Shown piece after piece: positions 30,487 to 39,681 of a DNA stretch of 64,000 nt. The translations under genes and the position numbers were made by a program. Numbering within the stretch: the first letter of the stretch is position 1; each line of letters opens with the position of its first letter. This stretch comes from Pseudomonadota bacterium (GTDB taxonomy: Bacteria; Bdellovibrionota; UBA1018; CAIMNF01). The stretch lies in NCBI GenBank assembly GCA_027491115.1, contig JAIXWV010000020.1:229975-293974 (forward strand), read 5' to 3'. Below the pieces are notes generated by a model. That model saw nothing but the letters and a program-made list of their open reading frames with translations. It did no database searches and was not told the DNA's origin.

Positions 30487-31416
30487 TCAGCCGTGCTGAT
30501 TCTCGAGCCAGCGCTCGGCATCGATGGCCGCCATGCAACCGGTGCCTGCGGCAGTGATCGCCTGACGGTACACGTGATCGGCCACGTCACCCGCGGCGAA
30601 TACACCCTCGATTTCGGTCTTGGTCGTTCCGGGTACGACAATCAGGTAGCCGGCGTCATCGGTCTTCAGCTGGTTCTGGAAGAGCTTGGTGTTCGGCTGG
30701 TGACCGATGGCTACGAAGAGGCCAGTCACCACCAAGTCAGAAAGCTCACCTGTTTTCAGGTTCTTCAACTTGAGCCCGGTGACTTCGTTCTCGCCGACGA
30801 TATCCTCGACCGCAGTGTCATAGATCACTTTGATCTTTGGGTTCTTGAGCGTGCGGTCCTGCATCACCTTGGAGGCGCGGAAGGTGTCGCGACGGTGAAT
30901 GAGGGTCACACTTTTTGCAAAGCGGGTCAGGAAGTTCGCTTCTTCCATGGCGGTGTCGCCCCCGCCCACGATGGCGATTTCCTGATTGCGGAAGAAGAAC
31001 CCGTCGCAGGTGGCGCAGGCAGAAACGCCGCGACCCATGAGGCGTGATTCGTTCTTGAGACCGAGCAGCTTGGCCGAGGCTCCGGTCGAGATAATGAGAG
31101 TCTTGGTTTTGACTTCACTGCCGTCGGCGAGAGTGAGGGTGAAGGGACGCTTCGAGAGGTCGACCTTCTGCACATCCCCTTGCTTGAAGCGGGTGCCGAA
31201 GCGCTCGGCCTGCTGGCGGAAGCCGATCATCATCTCAGGGCCCTGAACACCATGCGGAAAGCCGGGAAAATTCTCGACCTCGGTGGTGATGGTGAGCTGA
31301 CCGCCGGGCTGGGTGCCTTCGACACACAGAGGGCTCAGGTTCGCTCGAGCCGCGTAGATGGCGGCAGTGAGCCCTGCGGGGCCCGTGCCGAGGATGGTGA
31401 CATTCTCGATGTCCAT
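30487..31416 (-). CDS. trxB: Thioredoxin reductase
   Basis: GTGPAGLTAA, CATCDG, GGGDTAMEEA, YRQAITAAG; start at MDIENV (31416). Confidence 0.97.
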   Translation of the reverse strand: MDIENVTILGTGPAGLTAAIYAARANLSPLCVEGTQPGGQLTITTEVENFPGFPHGVQGPEMMIGFRQQAERFGTRFKQGDVQKVDLSKRPFTLTLADGSEVKTKTLIISTGASAKLLGLKNESRLMGRGVSACATCDGFFFRNQEIAIVGGGDTAMEEANFLTRFAKSVTLIHRRDTFRASKVMQDRTLKNPKIKVIYDTAVEDIVGENEVTGLKLKNLKTGELSDLVVTGLFVAIGHQPNTKLFQNQLKTDDAGYLIVVPGTTKTEIEGVFAAGDVADHVYRQAITAAGTGCMAAIDAERWLENQHG

Positions 31417-31420
31417 TTGC

Positions 31421-31591
31421 TCAATCTTCCAATTCATCCAGACTGGTGAACAGCGCGTTCTCGCTGTCATCGGGAAGCTTTTCGATCGCGGTCTTGACTT
31501 CTTTGTCAGAGACGACGTTCCGAACGAGATTCCTCTCGATCATGCGGGTATCGAACTTCTTGTCTTGAATGGCTTCGTGAAGGAGTGACAT
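31421..31591 (-). CDS. Small 56-aa hypothetical protein (below ORF-track cutoff)
   Basis: Translated by hand: MSLLHEAIQDKKFDTRMIERNLVRNVVSDKEVKTAIEKLPDDSENALFTSLDELED; ends 4 nt before trxB. Confidence 0.7.
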   Translation of the reverse strand: MSLLHEAIQDKKFDTRMIERNLVRNVVSDKEVKTAIEKLPDDSENALFTSLDELED

Positions 31592-31625
31592 AGGAGGTCA
31601 GATTTAGCGGAAAATCCGCAATCCG

Positions 31626-32153
31626 TCAACGGCGGTAGAGGTTTCCGTTCGCAAAGAGCGTGGAAGCCGCACTGCGACTGATCATTCGGGAGTACCCGAG
31701 ACGGGATCCGTCAGTGTGAAACTGGAATTTTCCCTCGAGGGTGTTGAATCCGGTGTTGTAGTTGGAGTAGCTGCCCACGACGGTGAGGGTACGAGTTTCG
31801 GGGTCGAACTTGGCCCGACCGAGAGAGAGATCGAAGTCCTGGAAATCAACGCGCCACTCGCCCTTGTTTTCGGTAGGGATCAGGAGCCCGTCGCGCACCG
31901 AGCTGCAAAAACCGCCCATGGGGGCGAAGCCTTCTTCAAGCCACACCATTTGGTAGCGTCCTTGGCCTGCATCAAAAAACTCAACCGTGGCGTCGGTCAC
32001 GCGGCACCATTCATTGAAGGGGTTATTGCTGACCGAACCCTGGTAACGCCCGCCGGGGAGCTGGGCATGGGCCGCCAGGCTCAGGAGCAGGGTGGAGAGG
32101 GCGAGAAGCAGGGTACGGGAAATGGAGGTGTGCATGGGGCCTGTATAACGCAA
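31626..32153 (-). CDS. Secreted hypothetical beta-rich protein (start possibly 32135)
   Basis: Signal peptide ending AHA-Q; co-oriented with neighbours. Confidence 0.6.
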   Translation of the reverse strand: MRYTGPMHTSISRTLLLALSTLLLSLAAHAQLPGGRYQGSVSNNPFNEWCRVTDATVEFFDAGQGRYQMVWLEEGFAPMGGFCSSVRDGLLIPTENKGEWRVDFQDFDLSLGRAKFDPETRTLTVVGSYSNYNTGFNTLEGKFQFHTDGSRLGYSRMISRSAASTLFANGNLYRR

Positions 32154-32200
32154 AGCGCGTGCTTTCGCAACCCAACCCGAATGCCCCCCTCAGCTTGCCA

Positions 32201-32938
32201 TTAATGCCAAGTTCGAGGGCCACCGCCCCGCTCGTCTTCCTCGCCCGACTCGTCCTTCACCAGGCGCAGGTGGTTCGGACGCTTCTTCGACCCCGATGAA
32301 CCCCCGCCCGACGGTCTCGGTTTACGACGGAAGCTCATCCCTTTTGCCTGAAGGACCAGAAACAGGTATCCCGCCCCCATCCCCGACAAGTGAGCAATGG
32401 CACCGAGACGCCCCTGGCCCGAGTACAGAGTCTGCAAGAACTCCACTCCGGCCAGCACCCAGACAAATTGCTTGGCCTTCATGGGCAGGAACATCATGAA
32501 GAGCATCTCGCGGTCCGGGAACAGGATCCCGTAAGCCAGCAAGAGTCCGTAGATTCCGCCCGAAGCCCCCACCATGGGGAGCCGGAGCGAAAGGGGATCG
32601 TACATCAGCAGCTGAAGGACCAGGTAAAAGAGCCCGGCCATCAGGGTACAGTAGAAAAAGAATACCAAGAACTTGCGACGCCCCCAGATCGACTCGATGT
32701 CGGAGCCGACAAACACGAGCACCATCATGTTCAACACCAGGTGCATGACATCGGCGTGGAGGAATCCGTAGGTCAGGATCTGCCAGATCCGGCCATTCAG
32801 GATGTCGACCGGAGTGAGTGCGAACCAGCCCCGGAGATTCCCTCCGAAGAACTGATCAACCACACTTTGCACCACGAAAACGCCTACAAAAACGTAAAGG
32901 AGACGCTTCAGGGTCTCACTGATTCGGATGGGCATCAC
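32201..32938 (-). CDS. Rhomboid family intramembrane serine protease
   Basis: WQILTYGFLH..HLVLNM, GASGG, AHLSG. Confidence 0.92.
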   Translation of the reverse strand: MMPIRISETLKRLLYVFVGVFVVQSVVDQFFGGNLRGWFALTPVDILNGRIWQILTYGFLHADVMHLVLNMMVLVFVGSDIESIWGRRKFLVFFFYCTLMAGLFYLVLQLLMYDPLSLRLPMVGASGGIYGLLLAYGILFPDREMLFMMFLPMKAKQFVWVLAGVEFLQTLYSGQGRLGAIAHLSGMGAGYLFLVLQAKGMSFRRKPRPSGGGSSGSKKRPNHLRLVKDESGEEDERGGGPRTWH

Positions 32939-33353
32939 GAGCCTCCATGAGTTCGATCAGGACTCCACCAGCTGTGGCGGGGTGGATGAAGTTGATGCGC
33001 ATGCCTTGCGCGCCCGCCTTCGGTGTTTCGTAAGTAAATTTGAAGCCTTCGGCAGTGAGGGTCTTCATGAGCGGATCCAAGCCGCCCTCTTCAACCAAAA
33101 AAGACAAGTGATGGATGCCGGGGCCTCGCTTTTCGATGAATTTGGCCACAGATCCGGCAGGATCCCGGACCTCGAGGAGCTCCAGATGCGGAGGCGTTCC
33201 CTCCAGGTTGAAAAAGTGGACATCCACGCCCTGTTCGGCGACCTGCTCACTGACGCCTCGAGTGATCCCGAGGAGACGGAAGAGTTTCTCGAGCTGGGTG
33301 TTCCCGGCAGCCGTAGCGATGCCGATATGATTCAAGCTGACCTGGAAAGCCAT
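32916..33353 (-). CDS. mce: Methylmalonyl-CoA epimerase (VOC family)
   Basis: LNHIGIA, V.EQGV, LELLE, KFIEKRGPGIHH, FIHP...GGVLIEL. Confidence 0.85.
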   Translation of the reverse strand: MAFQVSLNHIGIATAAGNTQLEKLFRLLGITRGVSEQVAEQGVDVHFFNLEGTPPHLELLEVRDPAGSVAKFIEKRGPGIHHLSFLVEEGGLDPLMKTLTAEGFKFTYETPKAGAQGMRINFIHPATAGGVLIELMEARDAHPNQ

Positions 33354-33368
33354 GATTCGAGAGTAACG

Positions 33369-33545
33369 AAAAAAAAAGGAGCCGTCATCACCTGTGCTGT
33401 ACCCCGGATTGACCTCCTCAGTCAGTGGTCCTTCCGAAATCAGATGATGCGGCCCCCAGTCAAGTGCCCAAGCGTTTTAGCACCCACCAAAGTGCCTCCA
33501 ACCTGGACAATGTTCTCTTCGGCGGCACTAAAGGGAACTTGAGGC
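33369..33545 (-). ncRNA. Putative structured non-coding RNA or leader (family not recognised)
   Basis: Three hand-folded hairpins whose G-U pairs mostly favour the minus strand; last stem GGGGCCG-CAUCAUCUG/CAGGUGAUG-A-CGGCUCC followed by U9. Confidence 0.6.
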
Positions 33546-33578
33546 TTTTTTTCTCCGAGACGAGAAAAATTTAACTCG

Positions 33579-33607
33579 TTGCAAAATACCCCCTGATCGC
33601 CTATAGT
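33579..33607 (+). promoter_or_regulatory. Sigma-70-type promoter
   Basis: TTGCAA-N17-TATAGT, 11 nt before ATG 33619. Confidence 0.55.
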
Positions 33608-33618
33608 TCGCCCCGACT

Positions 33619-33822
33619 ATGGCAGCGACCGAGCGAGTGACCCTCATTCAGACCGAATCCGAGCGCCTCCGAACCCTTCCCCTTCAGGGAGGCGAGACTG
33701 CAGGATTGCGGATCATGGCGCGTACGACGACCGCTTCGCTTTCTGATTACCCGGAGTGGAGCCTGGATGAACTTCGAAGCTACCGCCGCGATGCCGTTGT
33801 GACCGACGGTGCTTGTTCCTGA
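33619..33822 (+). CDS. Small hypothetical protein (67 aa)
   Basis: ATG immediately downstream of a good promoter; no recognisable motif. Confidence 0.4.
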   Translation: MAATERVTLIQTESERLRTLPLQGGETAGLRIMARTTTASLSDYPEWSLDELRSYRRDAVVTDGACS

Positions 33823-33881
33823 GTGCCCCAACTTGAGAATCACTGAGTCGTCCACCCCAATCCCAAGACAAAAAAGTACAT

Positions 33882-33920
33882 AATTTCAACGATATGGGTT
33901 GAAATTCCTGGATTTCAACC
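33882..33920. repeat. Three ATTTCAAC boxes (forward/reverse/forward), candidate operator
   Basis: AATTTCAAC-gatatgg-GTTGAAATT-cctgg-ATTTCAACC. Confidence 0.55.
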
Positions 33921-34031
33921 GAGACAGACGAGCCGCTGTGCGCTAGCCTGTAAAGGGGATGATTTTGCTCAAGAATTCGGTGCGGGCGACCGATCCGATT
34001 CTGACGCTCATCCGCGCCAGAAAGGGAGTTC

Positions 34032-37000
34032 GTGCTCACCAGGGTTCACCTGAGTACTATTTTCTTCCTCACTCTCCTCACCCTGACAGGGTGTGGAAGG
34101 ATGCGTTCACCCGATTGGGGACAAGCTGGCAATCGTACAGGCGACACGGGGTTAGCACCTTCCAAGATCCGGACAGTCAAAACCTCCTCAAGCCATTCTT
34201 GCGCAATCAACGATTCTGGCGCCTTGTATTGCTGGGGAAATAACAACTCTGGGCAAGTCATGCCCCCTCCTGAATGGACACCCCAAACGGTAAGGAGGCC
34301 CTCCTCTGCCAGCCTCTCCACCATCGACACCGCCCCCAGCTCCCCCACACTTTATGACCCCATACATAGGAAAACCATCACCTCTCTGTCTGCGCAGAGT
34401 AGCTCCCTCGTAAGCGTGAAACACTTTTGCATGATTGTCGGCGACAACATCCCACCGAAAGGAAACGTGGTGTGCCTGGGCAAGGCAGATCCTATGCAGC
34501 TCTTGGGCGGTGCAGGTAGCGATGGCGTGCTGCCGGCGCCCAACGGAATGAGATTCACACGCGTCAAAACCGGCAAACAGGTCACATGCGCTTTGGGCGC
34601 GGATGGCGCGTTGTACTGCGCAGGTGTTTCACCCGCCTTGCCCGGTGGCGTGAGCAGTACCTTGACCCGCTTGGAGTGGGGACTCGCTTCATCGGTAGTC
34701 ATCGATTTTGCGGTCGGGGATGGTCACATCTGCGCAATTCACCAAAACGAAAAACTCTACTGCTGGGGAGACAACTCTGAAGGCCAGGTCGGTCCACAAG
34801 GAGGATCAATTGATCAGCTCCCAGATGGAACCCTGGATCCCTTTACTCAGGTGATCGAATCACAAACGATCGATAACTTCACGCAGGTCTTCGCCTCCGA
34901 CACCCAGACCTGCGCTATTGCGAAAAACGAACAAATTTACTGCTGGGGACGTAACACAGGCCCGCCCCGTCGGGTCTCGAACCTGGGCTGGAAAGTCGTA
35001 TCGGCCTCGCTCGGCCCCTTCCACAATTGTCTGATTTACAATGAGGGAGTGACGGTAAGTGGCAGAGTCGCTTGCGCCGGAGCCAACATGAACGGACAGC
35101 TCGGGCTTGGTTATTCCTCTGTGATGTTTCCAGTGCCTGCGACAGGCGATCTCAGCCCCGTGCTCCGAACCCCCGGGGTCCAACTGGCGAATGTGGTCCA
35201 AGTTTCAGTGGGACTTCAAAATACTTGTGCTGTTGATGGCACCAACAAGGTTTGGTGTTGGGGCGAGAACTCGTCAGCCTACGAAATCGACCAACCCACC
35301 CCAGCTGTTTATCCCTTTGCATTACTCACCCGAACATCGTCGAATGCGGAACAAGTGGTCACCGGCTCCGGCTTCACCTGCGTGGTTCGGACTGATGGCT
35401 CCCTGACCTGCAATGGGATCAATGTGTTCCAGCAAATTCAAGAGCCAATGAGTGTCACCACCGAATTCCTGAGTTCGACCACCGTTCTCGGGCCGCATCT
35501 TTTCGGCTCAAGTATCCCCATGCCGCTCGGATTCCAGCTCCAGCCGATCATTCACCCCCTGTCATCGAATAAAGCCAGTACCTGTGCTTCCGTTAGCGAG
35601 GAGGGCGGACGCCTCTACTGTTGGGGATCGATGTTGGATCTCAACCTCCCCGATCAGCCGACGAGCAAAATCTACCAAAGTCCGGTTCCGATTCCTGGAC
35701 TCGAAGATGGCGTCACTTCAGTTTCGCTGGGAAAAGAACATGCTTGTGCCATCAGGGCGGGAGCACTCTACTGCTGGGGGAACAATCAGTCCGGTCAAGT
35801 GAATGGAAAGTGGGTGAGTGACCCTGGTGCAGCAGGATCCGTGATCGTATTGCCTCAGTTGATTTTCAGGTCCGGGGTTTCTGCCGTGGCAGCAGGAGGC
35901 GATCACACCTGCGCCGTGGTCGTAGACCAAGTCATGTGCTGGGGCGCCAATCAAGTGGGCCAAGTCGGAGCCGGGCGGGTTTCGAAAAATATTCCCTACC
36001 CGGTCGCGGTTCTCCAAGGTCCGATCGTGGCGCTCACTGCGGGTGCGAACCATACCTGCGCGATTCAGGGTCCCTCTCCTGGAACGATTTTTTGCTGGGG
36101 AGACGGATCAAAGGGACAGCTCGGATTAGGGACCACCGCCTTCGATCGTCCGACCTTGATTTCCTTGAACCCTGCTCTGGGAGTTTACGACCCAGTCGAA
36201 ATCGTTGCGGGCGACTATCACACCTGCATGAAAGCTCTGAATGGATCCCTCGAGCCTCACTTGCTTTGTACGGGCCGAAACGACCACGGACAAATTGGGC
36301 TTCCCATCGGAGTCCCACAACAAGAAAGCTTTGTCCGTCCGAACGGATTGGTTTTGGCGGATACGACTGCCATCGCGGCATCCGGGGAACTGACCTGCCT
36401 GGTGGCCGATACCCCGGGTATCATGCACGATTTCCAATGCATGGGGAATAACACCTCCGGGCAACGCGCCATCGGGTACCCGACGCAACCTGGGGCTCCA
36501 GGAACTGAAAGTATTCGCATGGTCGATCCCTCAGCCATCCTTCACCTCGCCCCAGGAACAAATCACCTTTGCTTTAGTGAAGGAAATGTACTTTGTGTGG
36601 GTTCGAACGCAAATGGTCAGCTCGGAAACGGCTCTCAGTTTCAGCTCGCATTCTACAGTCCGCAGCTGGTGCTGGACGGTGGAGTCACAGATGTGACCCT
36701 GGGATCCGAGCATACCTGCGCACTGAAAGAGGGGAACCTCCATTGCTGGGGCAGCAACCAGGCCCACCAACTGCCGGTAATTGACCCCGCCACTCCTTAT
36801 CTGGTCTCAGCCACCACACCCCTGGTGAGTGGAGTGAGCCATGTGGCTACAAAAGGTGACACGGTTTGCATGGTCCGAAACCGCGAAGTCCGGTGTTGGG
36901 GACAAAATGCGAACGGAACTCTCGGGCTCGATAGCAACACCACTCAATTGACATACGTCGACTCGATCGCTTCACCCCCTATTTTCAGCCAAGACATCTC

Positions 37001-37583
37001 GCAGTTGGTGGTGGGTCAAACGAATACGTGCGCGGTCCTGATGGATGGGGCCCTTTGGTGCTGGGGCCAAAATGATAAGGAGCAAATTGCTCCAACTGGA
37101 GAAGTGGGAGGCCCCGGCTGGGTGATTCAGCCATTTCATGTGAACACGAACAGCACATCCGTGGCAAAGGTCATCGCAGAAGAAACGCTGTGCTGGGTGG
37201 GCATGGATGGATCGCTCGGGTGCAGAGGAAATGTGCCATTCGCGACTGAAGTGAACAACCTGAGTGCACAAATCAGCCCGGTTGCAGATCTCATATCTGG
37301 AGCCGATGCACTGTGTGCTCTCACAAAATCAGGGGAGATCTACTGCGGAGGAAACAACTCGGATCAGATCCTTGACCCCAATGCACCCCAAACTACAAAC
37401 CTACCCTTCAGGAAAGTCCGGAATGGATTCGAAGTGACCTCGTTTTCGATATCGAATTTCCATGGCTGTGGAGTCGAGGCCGGAATACTGAAATGCTGGG
37501 GAGACAACAAGGAGGGCGCCCTGGGGATCGGGGAAGTCGACCTGGGGATTCATCTGACTCCGATCGAGGTGGTATTCCCATGA
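34032..37583 (+). CDS. Large RCC1/BLIP-II repeat lipoprotein
   Basis: Lipobox LTGC; many H[TS]CA..G.LYCWG.N..GQ[LV]G repeats. Confidence 0.9.
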   Translation: MLTRVHLSTIFFLTLLTLTGCGRMRSPDWGQAGNRTGDTGLAPSKIRTVKTSSSHSCAINDSGALYCWGNNNSGQVMPPPEWTPQTVRRPSSASLSTIDTAPSSPTLYDPIHRKTITSLSAQSSSLVSVKHFCMIVGDNIPPKGNVVCLGKADPMQLLGGAGSDGVLPAPNGMRFTRVKTGKQVTCALGADGALYCAGVSPALPGGVSSTLTRLEWGLASSVVIDFAVGDGHICAIHQNEKLYCWGDNSEGQVGPQGGSIDQLPDGTLDPFTQVIESQTIDNFTQVFASDTQTCAIAKNEQIYCWGRNTGPPRRVSNLGWKVVSASLGPFHNCLIYNEGVTVSGRVACAGANMNGQLGLGYSSVMFPVPATGDLSPVLRTPGVQLANVVQVSVGLQNTCAVDGTNKVWCWGENSSAYEIDQPTPAVYPFALLTRTSSNAEQVVTGSGFTCVVRTDGSLTCNGINVFQQIQEPMSVTTEFLSSTTVLGPHLFGSSIPMPLGFQLQPIIHPLSSNKASTCASVSEEGGRLYCWGSMLDLNLPDQPTSKIYQSPVPIPGLEDGVTSVSLGKEHACAIRAGALYCWGNNQSGQVNGKWVSDPGAAGSVIVLPQLIFRSGVSAVAAGGDHTCAVVVDQVMCWGANQVGQVGAGRVSKNIPYPVAVLQGPIVALTAGANHTCAIQGPSPGTIFCWGDGSKGQLGLGTTAFDRPTLISLNPALGVYDPVEIVAGDYHTCMKALNGSLEPHLLCTGRNDHGQIGLPIGVPQQESFVRPNGLVLADTTAIAASGELTCLVADTPGIMHDFQCMGNNTSGQRAIGYPTQPGAPGTESIRMVDPSAILHLAPGTNHLCFSEGNVLCVGSNANGQLGNGSQFQLAFYSPQLVLDGGVTDVTLGSEHTCALKEGNLHCWGSNQAHQLPVIDPATPYLVSATTPLVSGVSHVATKGDTVCMVRNREVRCWGQNANGTLGLDSNTTQLTYVDSIASPPIFSQDISQLVVGQTNTCAVLMDGALWCWGQNDKEQIAPTGEVGGPGWVIQPFHVNTNSTSVAKVIAEETLCWVGMDGSLGCRGNVPFATEVNNLSAQISPVADLISGADALCALTKSGEIYCGGNNSDQILDPNAPQTTNLPFRKVRNGFEVTSFSISNFHGCGVEAGILKCWGDNKEGALGIGEVDLGIHLTPIEVVFP

Positions 37584-37918
37584 AGACCTCCGGTGACATT
37601 CTTTGCCGAGCCCTGCTTTGGGGAGCAATCGCATGGGCCCTTCCTTCCTGCACCAGCCCCCCGCCTTTTGGTGCGAAGCCGGGCGAGGTGTGGAATCAAA
37701 AGCCCGCGCCTGTGGCGGAGGCTCCGTCTCCGAGCCCGACCCCCAAGAAGGAGCCGGAGTTTAAATGGCGCTGTCAGGCCCTGAACGGTGCCGGCAGGAT
37801 CTTTGTCGGTCTCCATGAAGATCGTTATATGGCCCAGCGTGCAGCATTAACCCCCTGTGAACGACAGTACCGGGGGTGTTCGATTTTGAACTGCAAGGAG
37901 ATTGAGGAGGAGAAGTAA
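37580..37918 (+). CDS. Small Cys-containing lipoprotein
   Basis: ATG overlaps the RCC1 stop (ATGA); lipobox LPSC, Pro linker, C..A.RAAL..C....GC....C domain. Confidence 0.65.
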   Translation: MKTSGDILCRALLWGAIAWALPSCTSPPPFGAKPGEVWNQKPAPVAEAPSPSPTPKKEPEFKWRCQALNGAGRIFVGLHEDRYMAQRAALTPCERQYRGCSILNCKEIEEEK

Positions 37919-37949
37919 AGAAGCCTTAACTGCCATGTGACTCTCACAC

Positions 37950-39656
37950 TTATCGGAACACAAAGGTGATACCCTCGGCCTCGAATAAATAGGGCTGTAA
38001 GGCTTTCAAGCTAGCAATCTCAGATGCAAGTGCTGGGTCACCCAGCGCAATCAGGACACCCGATTCTGGAGAACCAGCAAGAAGTCCCTGCCGAATCCTT
38101 TCAAGTTCCGCATCGATCGACTGAGTCGCGCTTCTGGCCACATAACTTGGACCAATCGGAAGCCGGTTACTGAGCGCCAGCCAAGTGAGTCGCCCTTCTG
38201 GTAATGCGTCACTCCCATACAGAACTAGCCTTCGTGCGTTCCGAAGAGCTTCCTCTAATCTCGGTTCGACCACCCCAGTGACTTTCAGTCCAATTTTTCT
38301 CAGGTTCCTATGTTCATCACGGATTACAGAAACCCAAGGAAAGACACTCAATGTTTGAATGGCAAGAGCAAGTCCGATCCACACCGAACGAAGCCTAAGG
38401 GTAAAAAGAAAATAGATCGACACATAGATCAATACCCAGCCCCCGCGACCACTCGAGCGGGCCATGAGGTTTGAAAGATAAACCAACCCAGTCAGCGCCA
38501 TCGAAAGAACCCCTGCCACCAACGGGGTAAACCTTTGGATCCATCGAAAGAAAAACAGAGAAACGATAAGATAAGTCGCCAATGTAACCGGTACAGCGAA
38601 CCGCCATTCACCGACCGCTAGAGAGCTTGATAAGGAATAGAGCAACACGAAAAAGAACAGCACTAAATCAGGCGAACCTCTGCTGCATTGCAAGCGCCGA
38701 CAGATGTCCGCACGGTTCTTAGGATCCATGAGTGCTGAAAATACCAAAAAAAGTAACCCGAACCCCATGAACAGATTACCCTCAATCTGCTCTGGGTAAT
38801 TCACACTCAGGAAAGGGCTTACGGGTGAAAAAAGATTCATGGAAAACTCACCCAATGTTCCAGTGTTCACACTTGAGATTGGAATCTCAAAGTAACCGAA
38901 TCCCAAAGCTGACAACAAAAGCACCGCGATCAATGCCAATTCGCCTCGAGTGGGGAGGCGGAATTTCATCCAACGATAGCGGGACAATACAAAGACCATC
39001 CCGGAAAAGAAGAAGAAATAAAAATGAGTGCCTAGCTCGAACCACAAAAGCGCCCCCCAAACCCAGAGAGGCATCCGCTTTCCCTTCTTCATCTCAACAT
39101 GATTGAAAAGTATCGAAAGAATTAATAAAAAATGAGCAAAGAGGGTGTAGTGTCGGGTCCAACCCGTCACCCGGGAAAGATACGTTGGAAGAGTTCCGAT
39201 AAAAAGTGCCCCCATCAACGCCTTACTGCGGGACCCACACGCATGGAGTAAAAACAGATATCCCGTGACTAACTGAGCCACCCAACAAAACAATATCCAG
39301 ATCCCGTGAAACTGAGTGACTGCCTTTACTCCCAACATCTTCAGGAAGATCGAGAGTACCGGAATAGAATCGGTGTAAACCAGCGATGTCCCAAAAGGAG
39401 CGTTATACTCCGTGATTCGACCCAGGATCCAACTCCAAGAGGTGTTCAAATAAGCATTGAAGCCGAAAAAGTGCTGCCCTGAATCCCCGGACAGGAGCCA
39501 TCGATTATTATTCGGATTAAGCAGATCAAAACCGAAAGCTAAACTAAAGAGAAAGAAACCGACACCAGCCAAACCGAGCAGTTGAACGCCATGCTGTTTG
39601 ATTGCCTTCATCAACCTCGATCCACTCCAGCCCCATTCACGATATGATCTCTTCAA
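37950..39656 (-). CDS. DUF6311-like polytopic membrane protein (GT-C-like)
   Basis: WLLSGD..QHFFG, PFGTSLVYTDSIP, QFHGIW, EGNLFMGFG, RSSGR..W; many TM helices. Confidence 0.7.
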   Translation of the reverse strand: MKRSYREWGWSGSRLMKAIKQHGVQLLGLAGVGFFLFSLAFGFDLLNPNNNRWLLSGDSGQHFFGFNAYLNTSWSWILGRITEYNAPFGTSLVYTDSIPVLSIFLKMLGVKAVTQFHGIWILFCWVAQLVTGYLFLLHACGSRSKALMGALFIGTLPTYLSRVTGWTRHYTLFAHFLLILSILFNHVEMKKGKRMPLWVWGALLWFELGTHFYFFFFSGMVFVLSRYRWMKFRLPTRGELALIAVLLLSALGFGYFEIPISSVNTGTLGEFSMNLFSPVSPFLSVNYPEQIEGNLFMGFGLLFLVFSALMDPKNRADICRRLQCSRGSPDLVLFFFVLLYSLSSSLAVGEWRFAVPVTLATYLIVSLFFFRWIQRFTPLVAGVLSMALTGLVYLSNLMARSSGRGGWVLIYVSIYFLFTLRLRSVWIGLALAIQTLSVFPWVSVIRDEHRNLRKIGLKVTGVVEPRLEEALRNARRLVLYGSDALPEGRLTWLALSNRLPIGPSYVARSATQSIDAELERIRQGLLAGSPESGVLIALGDPALASEIASLKALQPYLFEAEGITFVFR

Positions 39657-39681
39657 TACTTCTTGCCCATAAATTTTGGAA

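Noticed and set aside
1261..33542. Many long antisense or alternate-frame ORFs (e.g. 1261-2217, 9657-10745, 12650-13744, 15422-16510, 16564-17658, 32928-33542)
   Set aside because: Shadows of well-supported genes in GC-rich DNA with no recognisable motifs.
33369..33860. tmRNA (ssrA), suggested by smpB in the window, or a tRNA integration site
   Set aside because: No GGGG..5' acceptor end, no T-arm/CCA end and no tag ORF; the structured part is too short.
33882..33920. CRISPR repeat remnant (GTTGAAAT-like ends)
   Set aside because: Only 8-9-bp boxes in alternating orientation, with no spacers and no cas genes.
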